Below, in pieces: positions 28,991-38,770 of a DNA stretch of 64,000 nt (position 1 is the first letter of the stretch; each line of letters opens with the position of its first letter). The notes below the pieces were generated by a model, which made no database searches, was not told the DNA's origin, and worked only from the letters and a program-made list of their open reading frames with translations. Location: assembly GCA_963713925.1 (NCBI GenBank), contig OY970212.1, forward strand, positions 864,001-928,000. The letters run 5' to 3'. The stretch is from an uncultured bacterium. GTDB lineage: Bacteria > Babelota > Babeliae > Babelales > Vermiphilaceae. The translations under genes were made by a program, and so were the position numbers.

Positions 28991-29508
28991 GTGAAGCGAA
29001 TCATCCTTTCACTTCTTGCGACATGCACAATCGCTCGCTGTCAAGAACAACCTGAAACAAAAAACCAAGAACCACGTTCATACCTACATTATTTAAAAAA
29101 AGATTGGATCCAACACCTATCGTTAAGCCTATTTCAAGCAATTTTAATGCAACCATGAATTTTCTAAATAGAAATCGCCAAGAAATTCTCCAGCTCGGCG
29201 CTATAGGCGGATCTTATTTTTTCGCAAATTATGCATTTCCTTTGGTCGACGGCCGTAATGAGCTATACGGCAATGCCCGGAAACAACAGTTGAGCAAAAT
29301 AGCTCTCTGTATGGGCTCAGAAATAGCACTTTCAACCATAGTAGCACTTACTGATCACTACGTTGCTTCAGACATGGGCCGTGACAGCAAAAAAATCAAC
29401 CCGAATGATCGCAGCGCGCGAGACAGAAATACCATTATACCAATTTGCGCTATAGCCACTTTATCAGCCGGTGCGCTTGCTTTCACAATAAAAGAGCTTA
29501 ATAAATAA
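28991..29508 (+). pseudogene. Frameshifted MKR-type membrane protein (two ORFs joined at an A7 tract)
   Basis: GTG 28991 gives MKRIILSLL; a -1 shift at TTTAAAAAAAG (29092-29102) joins it to ORF 29104-29508. Confidence 0.65.
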
Positions 29509-29526
29509 AACAATCAGGGCTTTTCC

Positions 29527-30048
29527 ATGAAACGTATACTATATGCATGTGCATTTCTTATTTCATCAGCATGTTTCGTTCACGCAGCTGACAATCACCC
29601 CTTGGTTCCGATACAGCCTCAGGAAAATGGGCTTGTCGGCGTTGAGCATTTGACAAGAGCTTTCGCATATGTTCCCGTTGTCGCAGGAATAACGTCTCAA
29701 TTTTTTATTAAAGATATCAGGACGGCTACGTGTGCGTTGGCTGGTGGCTGTGGGATTAGTTTGTTTTTATCGAATGAGTTTAAAAAATTATTTACAAATG
29801 AGATAAAAATAGATAATCGAAATATTCAAGCGGATACGACAACATCAGTTATAGCACGCCTTGAGGAAGCGGGCGTGGTGATCAATGGTGAACCAACTTA
29901 TAGGAACCTTCTTGTTAATCATAACAAGAGACATAAAGCCGTTGTTAAAATTTTAGAAAAAGACAAAATCGTTTTATTAATCCTGAGCGCAGTTGCTTTA
30001 ACTTACAAATTTGGCTCATTTTTTTATGGAAAAATGCAAAATAATTAG
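29527..30048 (+). CDS. MKR-type secreted/membrane hypothetical protein
   Basis: Signal peptide (VHA), hydrophobic hairpin and C-terminal TM. Confidence 0.7.
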   Translation: MKRILYACAFLISSACFVHAADNHPLVPIQPQENGLVGVEHLTRAFAYVPVVAGITSQFFIKDIRTATCALAGGCGISLFLSNEFKKLFTNEIKIDNRNIQADTTTSVIARLEEAGVVINGEPTYRNLLVNHNKRHKAVVKILEKDKIVLLILSAVALTYKFGSFFYGKMQNN

Positions 30049-30056
30049 CCTCAGCC

Positions 30057-30968
30057 ATGCAGACAAAAAAACTCATCCTCACTAGCTTGTTTTTCATTGC
30101 ATTTGTTTGCTTGGCAACGCTTGTATTTTCCGAACATACCGGGCCGATGCCAAGTCGGCCCCTTGTCGTTTGCACGACGAGCATGATTGGCGACTTAGTA
30201 GAAAATATCGCTGGTGATATTTTTGAGTGTCATGTGCTTATGGGACCGGGGATCGATCCACATTTATATAAAGCACGCGAAGGCGACGTGTTACGCTTTT
30301 CGCACGCGGCTCTTATTATTTTTAATGGAATCCATCTGGAAGGAAAAATGGCCACTCTGCTTGATAAGATGAATCGATATAAGCCGACACATGCTATCGC
30401 AAGTACACTTGATCAAAAGCAGATAATTCCACACGATCCGCATATCTGGCATGATGTCAAACTCTGGATTCAAGCGGGTGAGGGAGTATATCAAAAATTG
30501 TGTTCCATCGCCCCAGAACACCGAGAACAATTACACAAAAATTGGCGCACTTACAAACAAGCTCTACTTGATCTTGATCAATGGATTCACTCGCAGATCG
30601 AAAAAATTTCAGCGTCATCTCGCGCTTTAATCACGGCCCATGATGCATTTTCCTATTTTGGTAAATCATATGGCATAGAGGTGCGTGGCCTAGCGGGCAT
30701 CAGCACCGACAGCGATATTAGCATTGCGCACGTGCAAGACCTTGCACATTTTATCCATCACAACAAAATTAAAGCTCTGTTTGTTGAAAGCTCAATCCCG
30801 CGGCGCAGCATTCAAGCAGTGCAAGATGCCTGCCATGCGCTTGGATGGGGTGTCGCCATTGGACCCGAGCTCTATTCAGACGCACTCGGAGATGCAGAAT
30901 CGGATGCAAATACTTATATCGCTATGATTAACCATAATGTAGATGCAATCGTGGAAGCATTGGCATAG
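30057..30968 (+). CDS. Mn/Zn/Fe ABC transporter solute-binding protein (TroA/MntA-like)
   Basis: GPGIDPHLY, DPHIW, TAHDAFSYFG and LYSDALG motifs. Confidence 0.93.
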   Translation: MQTKKLILTSLFFIAFVCLATLVFSEHTGPMPSRPLVVCTTSMIGDLVENIAGDIFECHVLMGPGIDPHLYKAREGDVLRFSHAALIIFNGIHLEGKMATLLDKMNRYKPTHAIASTLDQKQIIPHDPHIWHDVKLWIQAGEGVYQKLCSIAPEHREQLHKNWRTYKQALLDLDQWIHSQIEKISASSRALITAHDAFSYFGKSYGIEVRGLAGISTDSDISIAHVQDLAHFIHHNKIKALFVESSIPRRSIQAVQDACHALGWGVAIGPELYSDALGDAESDANTYIAMINHNVDAIVEALA

Positions 30969-31077
30969 CTCCCCAATGCAAAAGTTTACAAACTGTAACA
31001 CTCACATCAATATGACTGGTTGCGCTCATCCCCGAATCTGATATAATTATTGCAAATATTATTTCTATGGAGATTAT

Positions 31078-31785
31078 ATGAAATATATTCTATTAGCTGG
31101 CCTGATTTCAGGTTCATTTCTGTGGTCCGGGAACACAAAAGAGCCAAGATCTAGTTCTTGGACTGCTGGCGAGAAAGCATTGTATCTCTGCAAAGCAACA
31201 TGGCCATCACTGGCCTCGATGGTGGGAGCTACAATCAGCTCTTTCGTCGCCCAGGAATATATAAAAGACCCGAAGCATAAGCTTTATGTGGGAGCGGCCG
31301 GAAATGTGATAGGAGCCGTTACTGCCCATTATGTGGTTAAACCTTGGTTGCTCAGACAAGAACAAGAAATCGAAAAAAAGACAGGCAAGAAGGTGCCTTT
31401 TTCAGTCAATGGGTCAATAAGCAGATTCAACCCACATCTTTGGATATCAGCCTTAGGCGGGCTTACCGTTGCTGCTGATGTGATGGATGAATTAATTTCC
31501 GAGAAGAATAAGGTTGATGAGCGCCTCACTGAAGCAATCGATACGCTCGGTGCAAATAACGGTGCATCGCAGAATGGGGCCAATGCCTTAATTGATGCGA
31601 ACATTAACCTAAAGAATGAGATCGCTCAATTGAAAAAGGAGGCGGAAAATATACCATTAATTCCTGCTCGGGGCTTGGCCGCTGCAGAAGCAAGAATACG
31701 ACGACTGCAAGCCGAAAATGCTAGACTCAGAGGAACTGTCACTTCCGCAACACACAACTACAATAACTCAGAACGAAACTATTAA
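31078..31785 (+). CDS. Secreted hairpin + coiled-coil protein, paralog 1
   Basis: Shares W..(K/G)(D/E)(K/H)A.Y...A..P and GKK.P(F/Y)SVN with the next two ORFs. Confidence 0.75.
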   Translation: MKYILLAGLISGSFLWSGNTKEPRSSSWTAGEKALYLCKATWPSLASMVGATISSFVAQEYIKDPKHKLYVGAAGNVIGAVTAHYVVKPWLLRQEQEIEKKTGKKVPFSVNGSISRFNPHLWISALGGLTVAADVMDELISEKNKVDERLTEAIDTLGANNGASQNGANALIDANINLKNEIAQLKKEAENIPLIPARGLAAAEARIRRLQAENARLRGTVTSATHNYNNSERNY

Positions 31786-31867
31786 GGCATGACAAACGTA
31801 TAAAAGAAAGTAAAAAATGATTTTTATTAACCACCGCCTGAAAAAAGGCGTTAATTCGGAGGTTTCG

Positions 31868-32566
31868 ATGAAACGTCTATCGTTATTGGCAGTTGCGTGC
31901 CTTATTCCAAGCACCCATACATTTGGTATGTTTAAAAAGCAGCAGGAAGAATGGGCTGCAAAAGATCACGCTTATTATTTTTTTAGAGCGGGCGTTCCAA
32001 CCTTTGTTTCAGCTGGAGCTGCTCTCGGATCATTTGTTGCAGCACGATATGTAAATAACCCAATTGCAACAGTCGGTATCGCTCTCGGGGGAAATGCTGC
32101 CGGAGCTGCTGCGAGCCATGATCTCAAAAACTGGATGAACGATAACGAAAAGAAAATGGAAGCGCAATTGGGCAAAAAACTACCTTATTCCGTGAATGAT
32201 CTTGGCTACACTCACCTTGCAATATCCGGACTTGGCTTTGTCGCAGTTAGCGCAGATATGGCACGAGCAATGATGGCGCAGCAGGAAGAACTTAAAAAAG
32301 CAAACACAAATCTTACCCTTATAGGAAATGACCTTGCAAGTTCAAGACAAACAAACGATAAAATAAATGCTGAGCTTTCAGCTGCCAAAGAAAGTCTACA
32401 ATTATCCAAAAAGGATGCAGTTACTCAGACAGCCTTATTGAACGAACAAATAAAAGAACTAAAAGAAAATATCGCAACTAAAGCAAAAAAGAAAGCGATA
32501 AAGTGGCTTAAAGCAACCGGCGCTATCAAAAGCAACGATTCTGCTACTGAAAACAAACCCGAATAA
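31868..32566 (+). CDS. Secreted hairpin + coiled-coil protein, paralog 2
   Basis: GGAGG RBS, MKRLSLL; GKKLPYSVN. Confidence 0.75.
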   Translation: MKRLSLLAVACLIPSTHTFGMFKKQQEEWAAKDHAYYFFRAGVPTFVSAGAALGSFVAARYVNNPIATVGIALGGNAAGAAASHDLKNWMNDNEKKMEAQLGKKLPYSVNDLGYTHLAISGLGFVAVSADMARAMMAQQEELKKANTNLTLIGNDLASSRQTNDKINAELSAAKESLQLSKKDAVTQTALLNEQIKELKENIATKAKKKAIKWLKATGAIKSNDSATENKPE

Positions 32567-32572
32567 AATATG

Positions 32573-32600
32573 AAGAGAGCCTCCACCGGAGGCTCTCTTT
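32573..32600 (+). terminator. Intrinsic terminator
   Basis: AAGAGAGCCTCC-ACC-GGAGGCTCTCTTT. Confidence 0.7.
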
Positions 32601-32628
32601 GCTTAATACGATTAAAGTGGAGATTTTT

Positions 32629-33357
32629 ATGAAACGTTTAATATTCCTCACCCTTATTTCAAGCTTGCATCTTATTGCTGCACCTACACAACAGCGGTGG
32701 TCAACAAAAGATAAAGCATATTATGCATTCCGCGCTACATGGCCAACATTAGTTGCAACAGGAGCTGCCGGCCTATCATTTGTTGCAGCGCGGTACGTTC
32801 AAAGCCGAATCAAAAATACTAGCCTTGCAACGACCGGTGTTGCCGTTGGTGGAAATGTTGCCGGATACGCGGCTTCAGAATGGCTCAAAAGCCGTTTGAA
32901 CCACGAAGAAAAACAGATAGAAGCTCAATCGGGCAAAAAAGTGCCCTATTCAGTCAATGGATTTTTTGGAAAAGTTCCCGCAGTAATCTCAATTGCCGGC
33001 GTGGGTGCTGTTCTGTTTGATATGGCGCAAACAAAAGCGAATATAGAGCGTCAATTGGCTCAAATTACCCCGGATGCAAAAACACAAAAAAACGTAAATG
33101 ATGGATTACTTGAACAAAACCTTAAGCAACAAGAACGTATAGCTGCCCTAGAAAAAGAACTCACAGTCTTGCATCAACCCACCGTTGAGGCTGAATACTT
33201 AGCATCGTTGGAAGCAACAGCGCGCAAGCTGCAGAGAAAAAACGATAGACTCACCGGAACGGTGACTGCTGCTACGGTTGATCGTAAGACAGCAATTATT
33301 GCTGATTTGAATGCGGAATTAGTTCGTTTGGACGAGAGTTTGCAAACAAATAAATGA
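32629..33357 (+). CDS. Secreted hairpin + coiled-coil protein, paralog 3
   Basis: GGAG RBS, MKRLIFL; GKKVPYSVN. Confidence 0.75.
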   Translation: MKRLIFLTLISSLHLIAAPTQQRWSTKDKAYYAFRATWPTLVATGAAGLSFVAARYVQSRIKNTSLATTGVAVGGNVAGYAASEWLKSRLNHEEKQIEAQSGKKVPYSVNGFFGKVPAVISIAGVGAVLFDMAQTKANIERQLAQITPDAKTQKNVNDGLLEQNLKQQERIAALEKELTVLHQPTVEAEYLASLEATARKLQRKNDRLTGTVTAATVDRKTAIIADLNAELVRLDESLQTNK

Positions 33358-33392
33358 AACTGATTATCAAATCTCAAACTACGCAATTTCAT

Positions 33393-33419
33393 GAGCCTCC
33401 GCCGGAGGCTCTTTTTTTT
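33393..33419 (+). terminator. Intrinsic terminator (near-copy of 32573)
   Basis: GAGCCTCC-GCC-GGAGGCTC followed by T8. Confidence 0.8.
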
Positions 33420-33475
33420 GGGTGTTTTTCTTGTAAAAAACATCTAAACTAAAAAGGTATTTTGCGGAGTTATAC

Positions 33476-34264
33476 ATGAAACCAAATTCAACTGCTCTCG
33501 AGATCAAAGATCTGACTGTTGCATATGGAAACAACATTGTTCTCGATGTGAGTTCTCTGACGATCGATCAGGGATCTATGGTTGGCATCTTAGGCCCAAA
33601 CGGCGCGGGAAAATCAACATTTATCAAATCGATCCTCGACTTAATTCCTGCTCAACAGGGATCAGTAAAAATATTTGGCGCTCCCTTTGCGTCACAAAAG
33701 GGTATCTGTGCTTATGTGCCTCAGAGAGCTTCCATCGATTGGCACTTTCCTATTAGTGCACTTGATGTTGTGCTCATGGGTTGTTATGCGCGCTTGGGCT
33801 GGTTCCGACGGCCAACAAACTCTGACAAAGAACAAGCCCTGCATACATTGGAAGAACTCGGTATGCGTGAATATGCGCATCGACCTATCGGCCAATTATC
33901 CGGCGGACAGCAACAGCGCATTTTTTTAGCGCGTGCATTATTACAAGATTCTCCGATTTTGATTCTTGATGAACCCTGCAACGGCATCGATGCTCAGACG
34001 CAACGACTTATTATGCAAAAATTATCCGCGCTCGCCCGTTCAGGAAAAACGGTGCTCATCGTGCATCACGATTTATCACATGTGCTTGATTATTTCACGC
34101 GCACTTTGTTGCTTAATAAATCGCTCATTGCTTTTGGGCCAACGCGTGAAGTATTCACGAGCGCGCTCCTTGAGAAAACGTTTGGGATTAATACCCCACA
34201 TTTTTATCAAAAATATGGGGGCCCCAGTAATCCACAGTCGATTGTTTGTCAGGACAAACAATGA
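33476..34264 (+). CDS. Metal ABC transporter ATPase (TroB/MntB-like)
   Basis: GPNGAGKST, AYVPQR, LSGGQQQR and VHHDL motifs. Confidence 0.93.
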   Translation: MKPNSTALEIKDLTVAYGNNIVLDVSSLTIDQGSMVGILGPNGAGKSTFIKSILDLIPAQQGSVKIFGAPFASQKGICAYVPQRASIDWHFPISALDVVLMGCYARLGWFRRPTNSDKEQALHTLEELGMREYAHRPIGQLSGGQQQRIFLARALLQDSPILILDEPCNGIDAQTQRLIMQKLSALARSGKTVLIVHHDLSHVLDYFTRTLLLNKSLIAFGPTREVFTSALLEKTFGINTPHFYQKYGGPSNPQSIVCQDKQ

Positions 34265-35112
34265 CGCATTTTTTGACTCAGCTGTATGCCGATTATTATC
34301 ACAGTATCATTGCAACCTGCTGTTGCACTTTTTTTGCTCTGTGTGCCGGAGCTCTTGGAACGATTGCCTATTTAAAGCGGCATAGCATGCTTGCAGACAC
34401 TTTGTCTCATGCGACATTGCCCGGTGTTGTCTGCGCGCTGATGCTGACAGTTTCCGGGTCATCGGGCATCTTATCGGCGGGAGCTATCATCAGCGCTGCT
34501 CTTGCCATGGGCTCAATTCAGTACCTTAAGCAAACTACCAAGCTGCAAACAGACACTCTTTTTGCTGTCATTTTGTCATCATACCTCGGGTTTGGACTTT
34601 TATTGATCTCCATTTTGCAAAAATTTCCACGCGCAGACCAGGGACTCATTAACAAATTTTTGTTTGGTAACGCATCGCTTGCGCTCAGTTCTGACCTTCT
34701 GCTTATCGTTATCATCGGAATCAGTTTACTATTGAGTATGACACTTTTTTTTAAAGAATTGATCATGGGCATTTTTGATGAAACATTTTCACAAACGATC
34801 GGATTTTCTGCCTCACGTCTATCTCTGATTTACAACATACTGTTGATTGGCATCATCGCATTGGGAATACAAACAGTTGGCATTATTTTGCTCAGCTCAC
34901 AACTGATTATGCCGAGTGTCGTCGCTCGACAATGGACATATAACACAAAACCGTTTGTTCTCCTGGCCAGCTGCATCGGAGCCGCGACGGCGCTTCTTGG
35001 AAGCCTCATCAGTTTTTACGCGCGCACACCGACGGGACCAACCATATGTGTGATCTTATTTATAACGGTCGTGAGTTCGCTCATCGCCAGACAGCCAAAG
35101 GGTCCACTTTGA
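34261..35112 (+). CDS. Metal ABC transporter permease (TroC-like)
   Basis: ADTLSHATLPG and FLFGNA; multiple TMs. Confidence 0.9.
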   Translation: MTHFLTQLYADYYHSIIATCCCTFFALCAGALGTIAYLKRHSMLADTLSHATLPGVVCALMLTVSGSSGILSAGAIISAALAMGSIQYLKQTTKLQTDTLFAVILSSYLGFGLLLISILQKFPRADQGLINKFLFGNASLALSSDLLLIVIIGISLLLSMTLFFKELIMGIFDETFSQTIGFSASRLSLIYNILLIGIIALGIQTVGIILLSSQLIMPSVVARQWTYNTKPFVLLASCIGAATALLGSLISFYARTPTGPTICVILFITVVSSLIARQPKGPL

Positions 35113-35147
35113 AAGCGGCTCATAAACTTAACATAAAATATTTAAAT

Positions 35148-35240
35148 GGGTCCCAAGCGTCTTGTCTCGCCATAGCCCCCGTCACGCTGAAGCCTTGGCG
35201 AAAGTGGATCGGCGACGGCGGAAGTTTAGCGAGCTTGGGT
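35148..35240. repeat. Three-level nested palindromic repeat (R3 in R3 in R2)
   Basis: GGGTCCCAAGC[..TCGCCATAGCC[..GAAGCCTTGGCGAAAG..]GGCGACGGCGGA..]GCTTGGGT. Confidence 0.7.
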
Positions 35241-35260
35241 TGTAGACGTAAGGCATTCGT

Positions 35261-36103
35261 ATGAACATACTCATGGCAACTATTTTGCTCATCGCAATCC
35301 TTGTGTGTGTGACAACTGCAATCCCCGGCATTTTTTTAGTACTCTATGGCATCCCACTCATTGCCGATGCAATTAGCCATGCTATTTTGCCCGGCATTGT
35401 GATTATGTTTCTCATCACCGGCAACCTTGAGTCCCCACTGCTTTTTTTCGGCTCATGTATTTCAGGGTTGATCACCGTTTTTTGCATACAATTTTTTATC
35501 AACAAGACAAAGATACGTTCCGACGCCGTGCTCGGACTTGTCTTTCCTTTCTTTTTTTCCCTGGGCGTCATCTTAATTTCATTGTACGCACGCAACACAC
35601 ATTTAGACACCGATATGGTGCTTTTAGGAGAAATTGCGTTCACGCCATTTAACCGTCTCATTCTTTTTGATATCGATTGGGGACCTCTTGCGCTTTGGGT
35701 GCTCGGATTCCTTCTTGTTGGTAATGGCATCACAACGTGGCTCTTGTATAAAGAATTGGTCTTGGTAAGTTTTGACCGAATTTACGCACGCACCGTCGGC
35801 TTTTCTCCAACAATACTTTTGTACATCTTGATGGTCATGACAACGCTCACCTGCGTCGCCGCGTTTGATTGTGTCGGATCTCTCATGACAATTGCTTTGA
35901 TGGTTGTCCCTGCTGCAAGCGCACTTCTCCTGACAACAAATGTCCGCTCCCTGATTTCGTATACGCTTGCCATCAGTATCTGCTCCTGCATAATTGGATA
36001 TACTCTCGCCCATGGCGCTGACATTTCAATCGCCGGAAGTATCACCACCGTTCAGGGTTGTATATTTTTTATATGTGCTTTTTTAGCTCCCAAGTTCCGT
36101 TGA
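35261..36103 (+). CDS. Metal ABC transporter permease (TroD-like)
   Basis: ADAISHAILPG and HLDTDMVLLGEIAF; multiple TMs. Confidence 0.9.
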   Translation: MNILMATILLIAILVCVTTAIPGIFLVLYGIPLIADAISHAILPGIVIMFLITGNLESPLLFFGSCISGLITVFCIQFFINKTKIRSDAVLGLVFPFFFSLGVILISLYARNTHLDTDMVLLGEIAFTPFNRLILFDIDWGPLALWVLGFLLVGNGITTWLLYKELVLVSFDRIYARTVGFSPTILLYILMVMTTLTCVAAFDCVGSLMTIALMVVPAASALLLTTNVRSLISYTLAISICSCIIGYTLAHGADISIAGSITTVQGCIFFICAFLAPKFR

Positions 36104-36162
36104 GTTTTTAAAAAGTATGATACTCAGGTTTATTTTTTACATTTATGACATGCAAAGCGCTT

Positions 36163-36296
36163 TCCGTTCGTGGTGAGTGGAGCATAGAGGAATCGAACTA
36201 TACGAACTTTCATGCGATATGAGCATAATTCTAATCAAGCTAATTTTTCCGTTCGAACGGTTCGACTTCGTTTCACTTTCGCTCACCACGAACGGA
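36163..36296. repeat. R1 inverted pair
   Basis: TCCGTTCGTGGTGAG ... CGCTCACCACGAACGG. Confidence 0.85.
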
Positions 36297-36465
36297 GGGA
36301 GGTCCTCTATTCTAAAAAAATGCTTAAAGAAAAGCCATCTTTATGGGTCAAAAATAGACATACTCATCCGATAACTCAAATGCCAAAAAATATCGTAAGA
36401 TATTGCATTTTTTGAGTGTTTTTTAATACAATTATAATAATAAGGGATAGTGGTTACAGGTTTGC

Positions 36466-36577
36466 AAACCTGGGGCCCCAACATATTTAATGTGGGGTTA
36501 AAACCTGGGCCCCAAAATATTTTAATTTTGGGCTTAAACCTGGGTCCTGAATAGCTTAGTTACGGTTTAATTCAGGA
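36466..36577. repeat. Tandem array of three R2 hairpins
   Basis: AAACCTGGG(G/C/T)CC unit x3, each followed by an AT-rich stem-loop. Confidence 0.75.
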
Positions 36578-36588
36578 GTTTTTTGGGT

Positions 36589-37044
36589 ATGAAGATGAAG
36601 TATATGCACCTAACACTGATGCTCAGTTTGCTTGCGAGCGCAATCAACGCTTCACAAACTCCCCCTTCGGTTGTTGCAAGAGATATTACCGTACCGGGAG
36701 CAACTGAAACAGACGCCAATCAAGTTGCCTATATTAATGAAATCGCAAACCTCAACAATCAGATTTCAGACCTCAGCTTTAAGCTCAAAGATGCGAGCCC
36801 CGCGGAAGCTGATCGACTCACTGCCCAAATACGGTATCTGACCATTGAATTGAAAGAAAAAAATTTGAAATATCAAAAGTCACGATTGGAACAAAGCCAA
36901 ACGATATTGGACAAAGGCGAAACTTCATTAATCGGGACTGAAAAAGAATATCAAGACCAAGTGATAGTAAAACAACAAAATGATATCGCTCGTCTTGAAG
37001 CTGAATTAGATGAATTGAAAAGTAAGAAGGAAATGAAAGATTAA
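36589..37044 (+). CDS. Secreted coiled-coil protein
   Basis: Signal peptide (INA); heptad-rich. Confidence 0.7.
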   Translation: MKMKYMHLTLMLSLLASAINASQTPPSVVARDITVPGATETDANQVAYINEIANLNNQISDLSFKLKDASPAEADRLTAQIRYLTIELKEKNLKYQKSRLEQSQTILDKGETSLIGTEKEYQDQVIVKQQNDIARLEAELDELKSKKEMKD

Positions 37045-37336
37045 ACCCTTCTATATTTTGGATGGGTCCCAAATGGAGCGAAACATCGTCGTGACTACCC
37101 GCGAAGTGGTGAAATTTGGGTGTAATAATTTCATAACATCAACTCACTGCAACTTCGAGCAAAGTAAATTTCAAAAATTGGGGGTTTACTTGCGTGAGAT
37201 GATGGCTCATGGGAGCTGAAAGGCTTCCATGAGCTCGAAGTAAGAATCCCGAGTGAATTTCAAGGGATTGAAAATGAAGGTATAAAAAAATAGATAATGA
37301 AATATTTATTATTACTTTAACTCTGAAGGAACCAAT

Positions 37337-37594
37337 ATGAAATTCGTATATACCATCCTCTTTTTATCACTCACAACCGCAGCGTTTGCAAAGGATTTTG
37401 GAGAAGTCATGAGGGCTTATGGTGAAAAGAAACGAGAACTCGTGAAGCTTTTAGAACAAAAAGCTGAGTTAGAAAAGAAAATAGAAGCAATTAACAAAGA
37501 AAAACGTGCATTGGCTGCAGAAATCAACAGCACTCCGGAAGAGCTCGATGCGCCAGCGCCTAACTATGAACCCGAACACGGGCCCCGATCTTAA
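37337..37594 (+). CDS. Small secreted coiled-coil protein
   Basis: AAGGA RBS; AFA cleavage site; C-terminus runs into an R2 repeat. Confidence 0.7.
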   Translation: MKFVYTILFLSLTTAAFAKDFGEVMRAYGEKKRELVKLLEQKAELEKKIEAINKEKRALAAEINSTPEELDAPAPNYEPEHGPRS

Positions 37595-37780
37595 GCGATA
37601 GCGTAGATTGGGTAAAACACACGGGCACCGATCGTAGCGACCTGTTCTTCGACCTGTCCGAAGAAGTCTTGACGAAGTCGGAAGCTCAAAGAGCAAATAG
37701 ATTGGGTTTAAAACACGGGCCCCAAGAGGAGCGTAGCGAAACTTGGGTTAAATAGCGAAGTAGAAAGCACAGATTGGGTA
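37581..37780. repeat. Tandem array of R2 hairpins, one with a nested R3
   Basis: ACACGGGC(C/A)CC...TTGGGT units repeated three times plus a partial fourth. Confidence 0.8.
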
Positions 37781-37814
37781 AAAAAGCGTTAAGAATTAAA
37801 AAAGGAGGATAGTC

Positions 37815-38228
37815 ATGAAGCGTATATTAGTATCAATAATCACACTTGCACTCGGTGCAACAGTGCACGCAGACCAAACGTCATCACTTAGCCAGTATCA
37901 ACCATATATTGAGCAAGGACTCGATTACGCAAGAAAACACTTGGGCGATTGGATTGCAAATATTGGATCGCCATCTGATGCAACAAAATCACCGGAAGCT
38001 AATGTGTCATCGGCCGGCGTAACACAGCCGGATGAAAAAGGTCAAACGCACAAGATGAAACAAGCTCATAGTCGTATATCAGGTCAAGAAAGCAAACTCA
38101 ACAACTTGATTATGCAACGTGACGCATTAAAAAGACAGGAAATTAATCTTCAAGAAGAAATTAACAAAGAACGGGCAACAATAGCTGCTGAACACAAACG
38201 TGAGGGTCTTGCCCATCACAAAAGATAG
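37815..38228 (+). CDS. Small secreted protein (MKR type)
   Basis: AGGAGG RBS; VHA cleavage site; C-terminal coiled coil. Confidence 0.75.
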   Translation: MKRILVSIITLALGATVHADQTSSLSQYQPYIEQGLDYARKHLGDWIANIGSPSDATKSPEANVSSAGVTQPDEKGQTHKMKQAHSRISGQESKLNNLIMQRDALKRQEINLQEEINKERATIAAEHKREGLAHHKR

Positions 38229-38269
38229 TTGGCTGAGCAATTATGTCGCTAAAGAAGAAAAGGAATAGT

Positions 38270-38524
38270 ATGAAACGTTTACTAGTATCAATCACATTAC
38301 TAACAGTAGCATCTGCACTCAAGTGTGAATCACTTGCAGTTTGGGAAACGCAGCACGATCTTGATGCGCTCGATAAAAAAATCGCAAATGCAAAAGTAAA
38401 ATATGCAAACGATCCTGTTGCATTGGATGGTGTGCTTTTAAGACTCAATACCAAAAAAAGTGAGCTTAAAATGGAACGTGGTGCTTGGAATAGTGTAGAT
38501 GAAGCTCATCATCAAAAGGATTAG
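38270..38524 (+). CDS. Small secreted helical protein (paralog of next)
   Basis: MKRLLVSI; ESLAV..Q.DL..L...I.NA...L..KK..L..E...W pattern shared with 38527. Confidence 0.7.
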   Translation: MKRLLVSITLLTVASALKCESLAVWETQHDLDALDKKIANAKVKYANDPVALDGVLLRLNTKKSELKMERGAWNSVDEAHHQKD

Positions 38525-38526
38525 CC

Positions 38527-38757
38527 ATGAAACGCTTACTTATAGCAATCATATTTGTGACATGTGCATCAACATTCGCTGATGAATCGATAGCGCTCCA
38601 CGCAGCGCAGGCAGACCTTGAAAAAATCAATGAGCAAATAAAGAATGCAGAAGCAAACAATGCGAATGAAACGCTCAGAAAGCTCAAAGCAAAAAAATAT
38701 GACCTCGAGCGGGAAATACATCATTGGGAACTTTTAAGTAATTTACATTCGAAATAA
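38527..38757 (+). CDS. Small secreted helical protein
   Basis: MKRLLIAI; TFA cleavage site. Confidence 0.7.
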   Translation: MKRLLIAIIFVTCASTFADESIALHAAQADLEKINEQIKNAEANNANETLRKLKAKKYDLEREIHHWELLSNLHSK

Positions 38758-38770
38758 AAAGGAGAATAGT

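Noticed and set aside
36466..37780. CRISPR mini-arrays
   Set aside because: Only 3-4 units, constant part ~12 bp and degenerate, interiors are self-complementary, and no cas genes in the window
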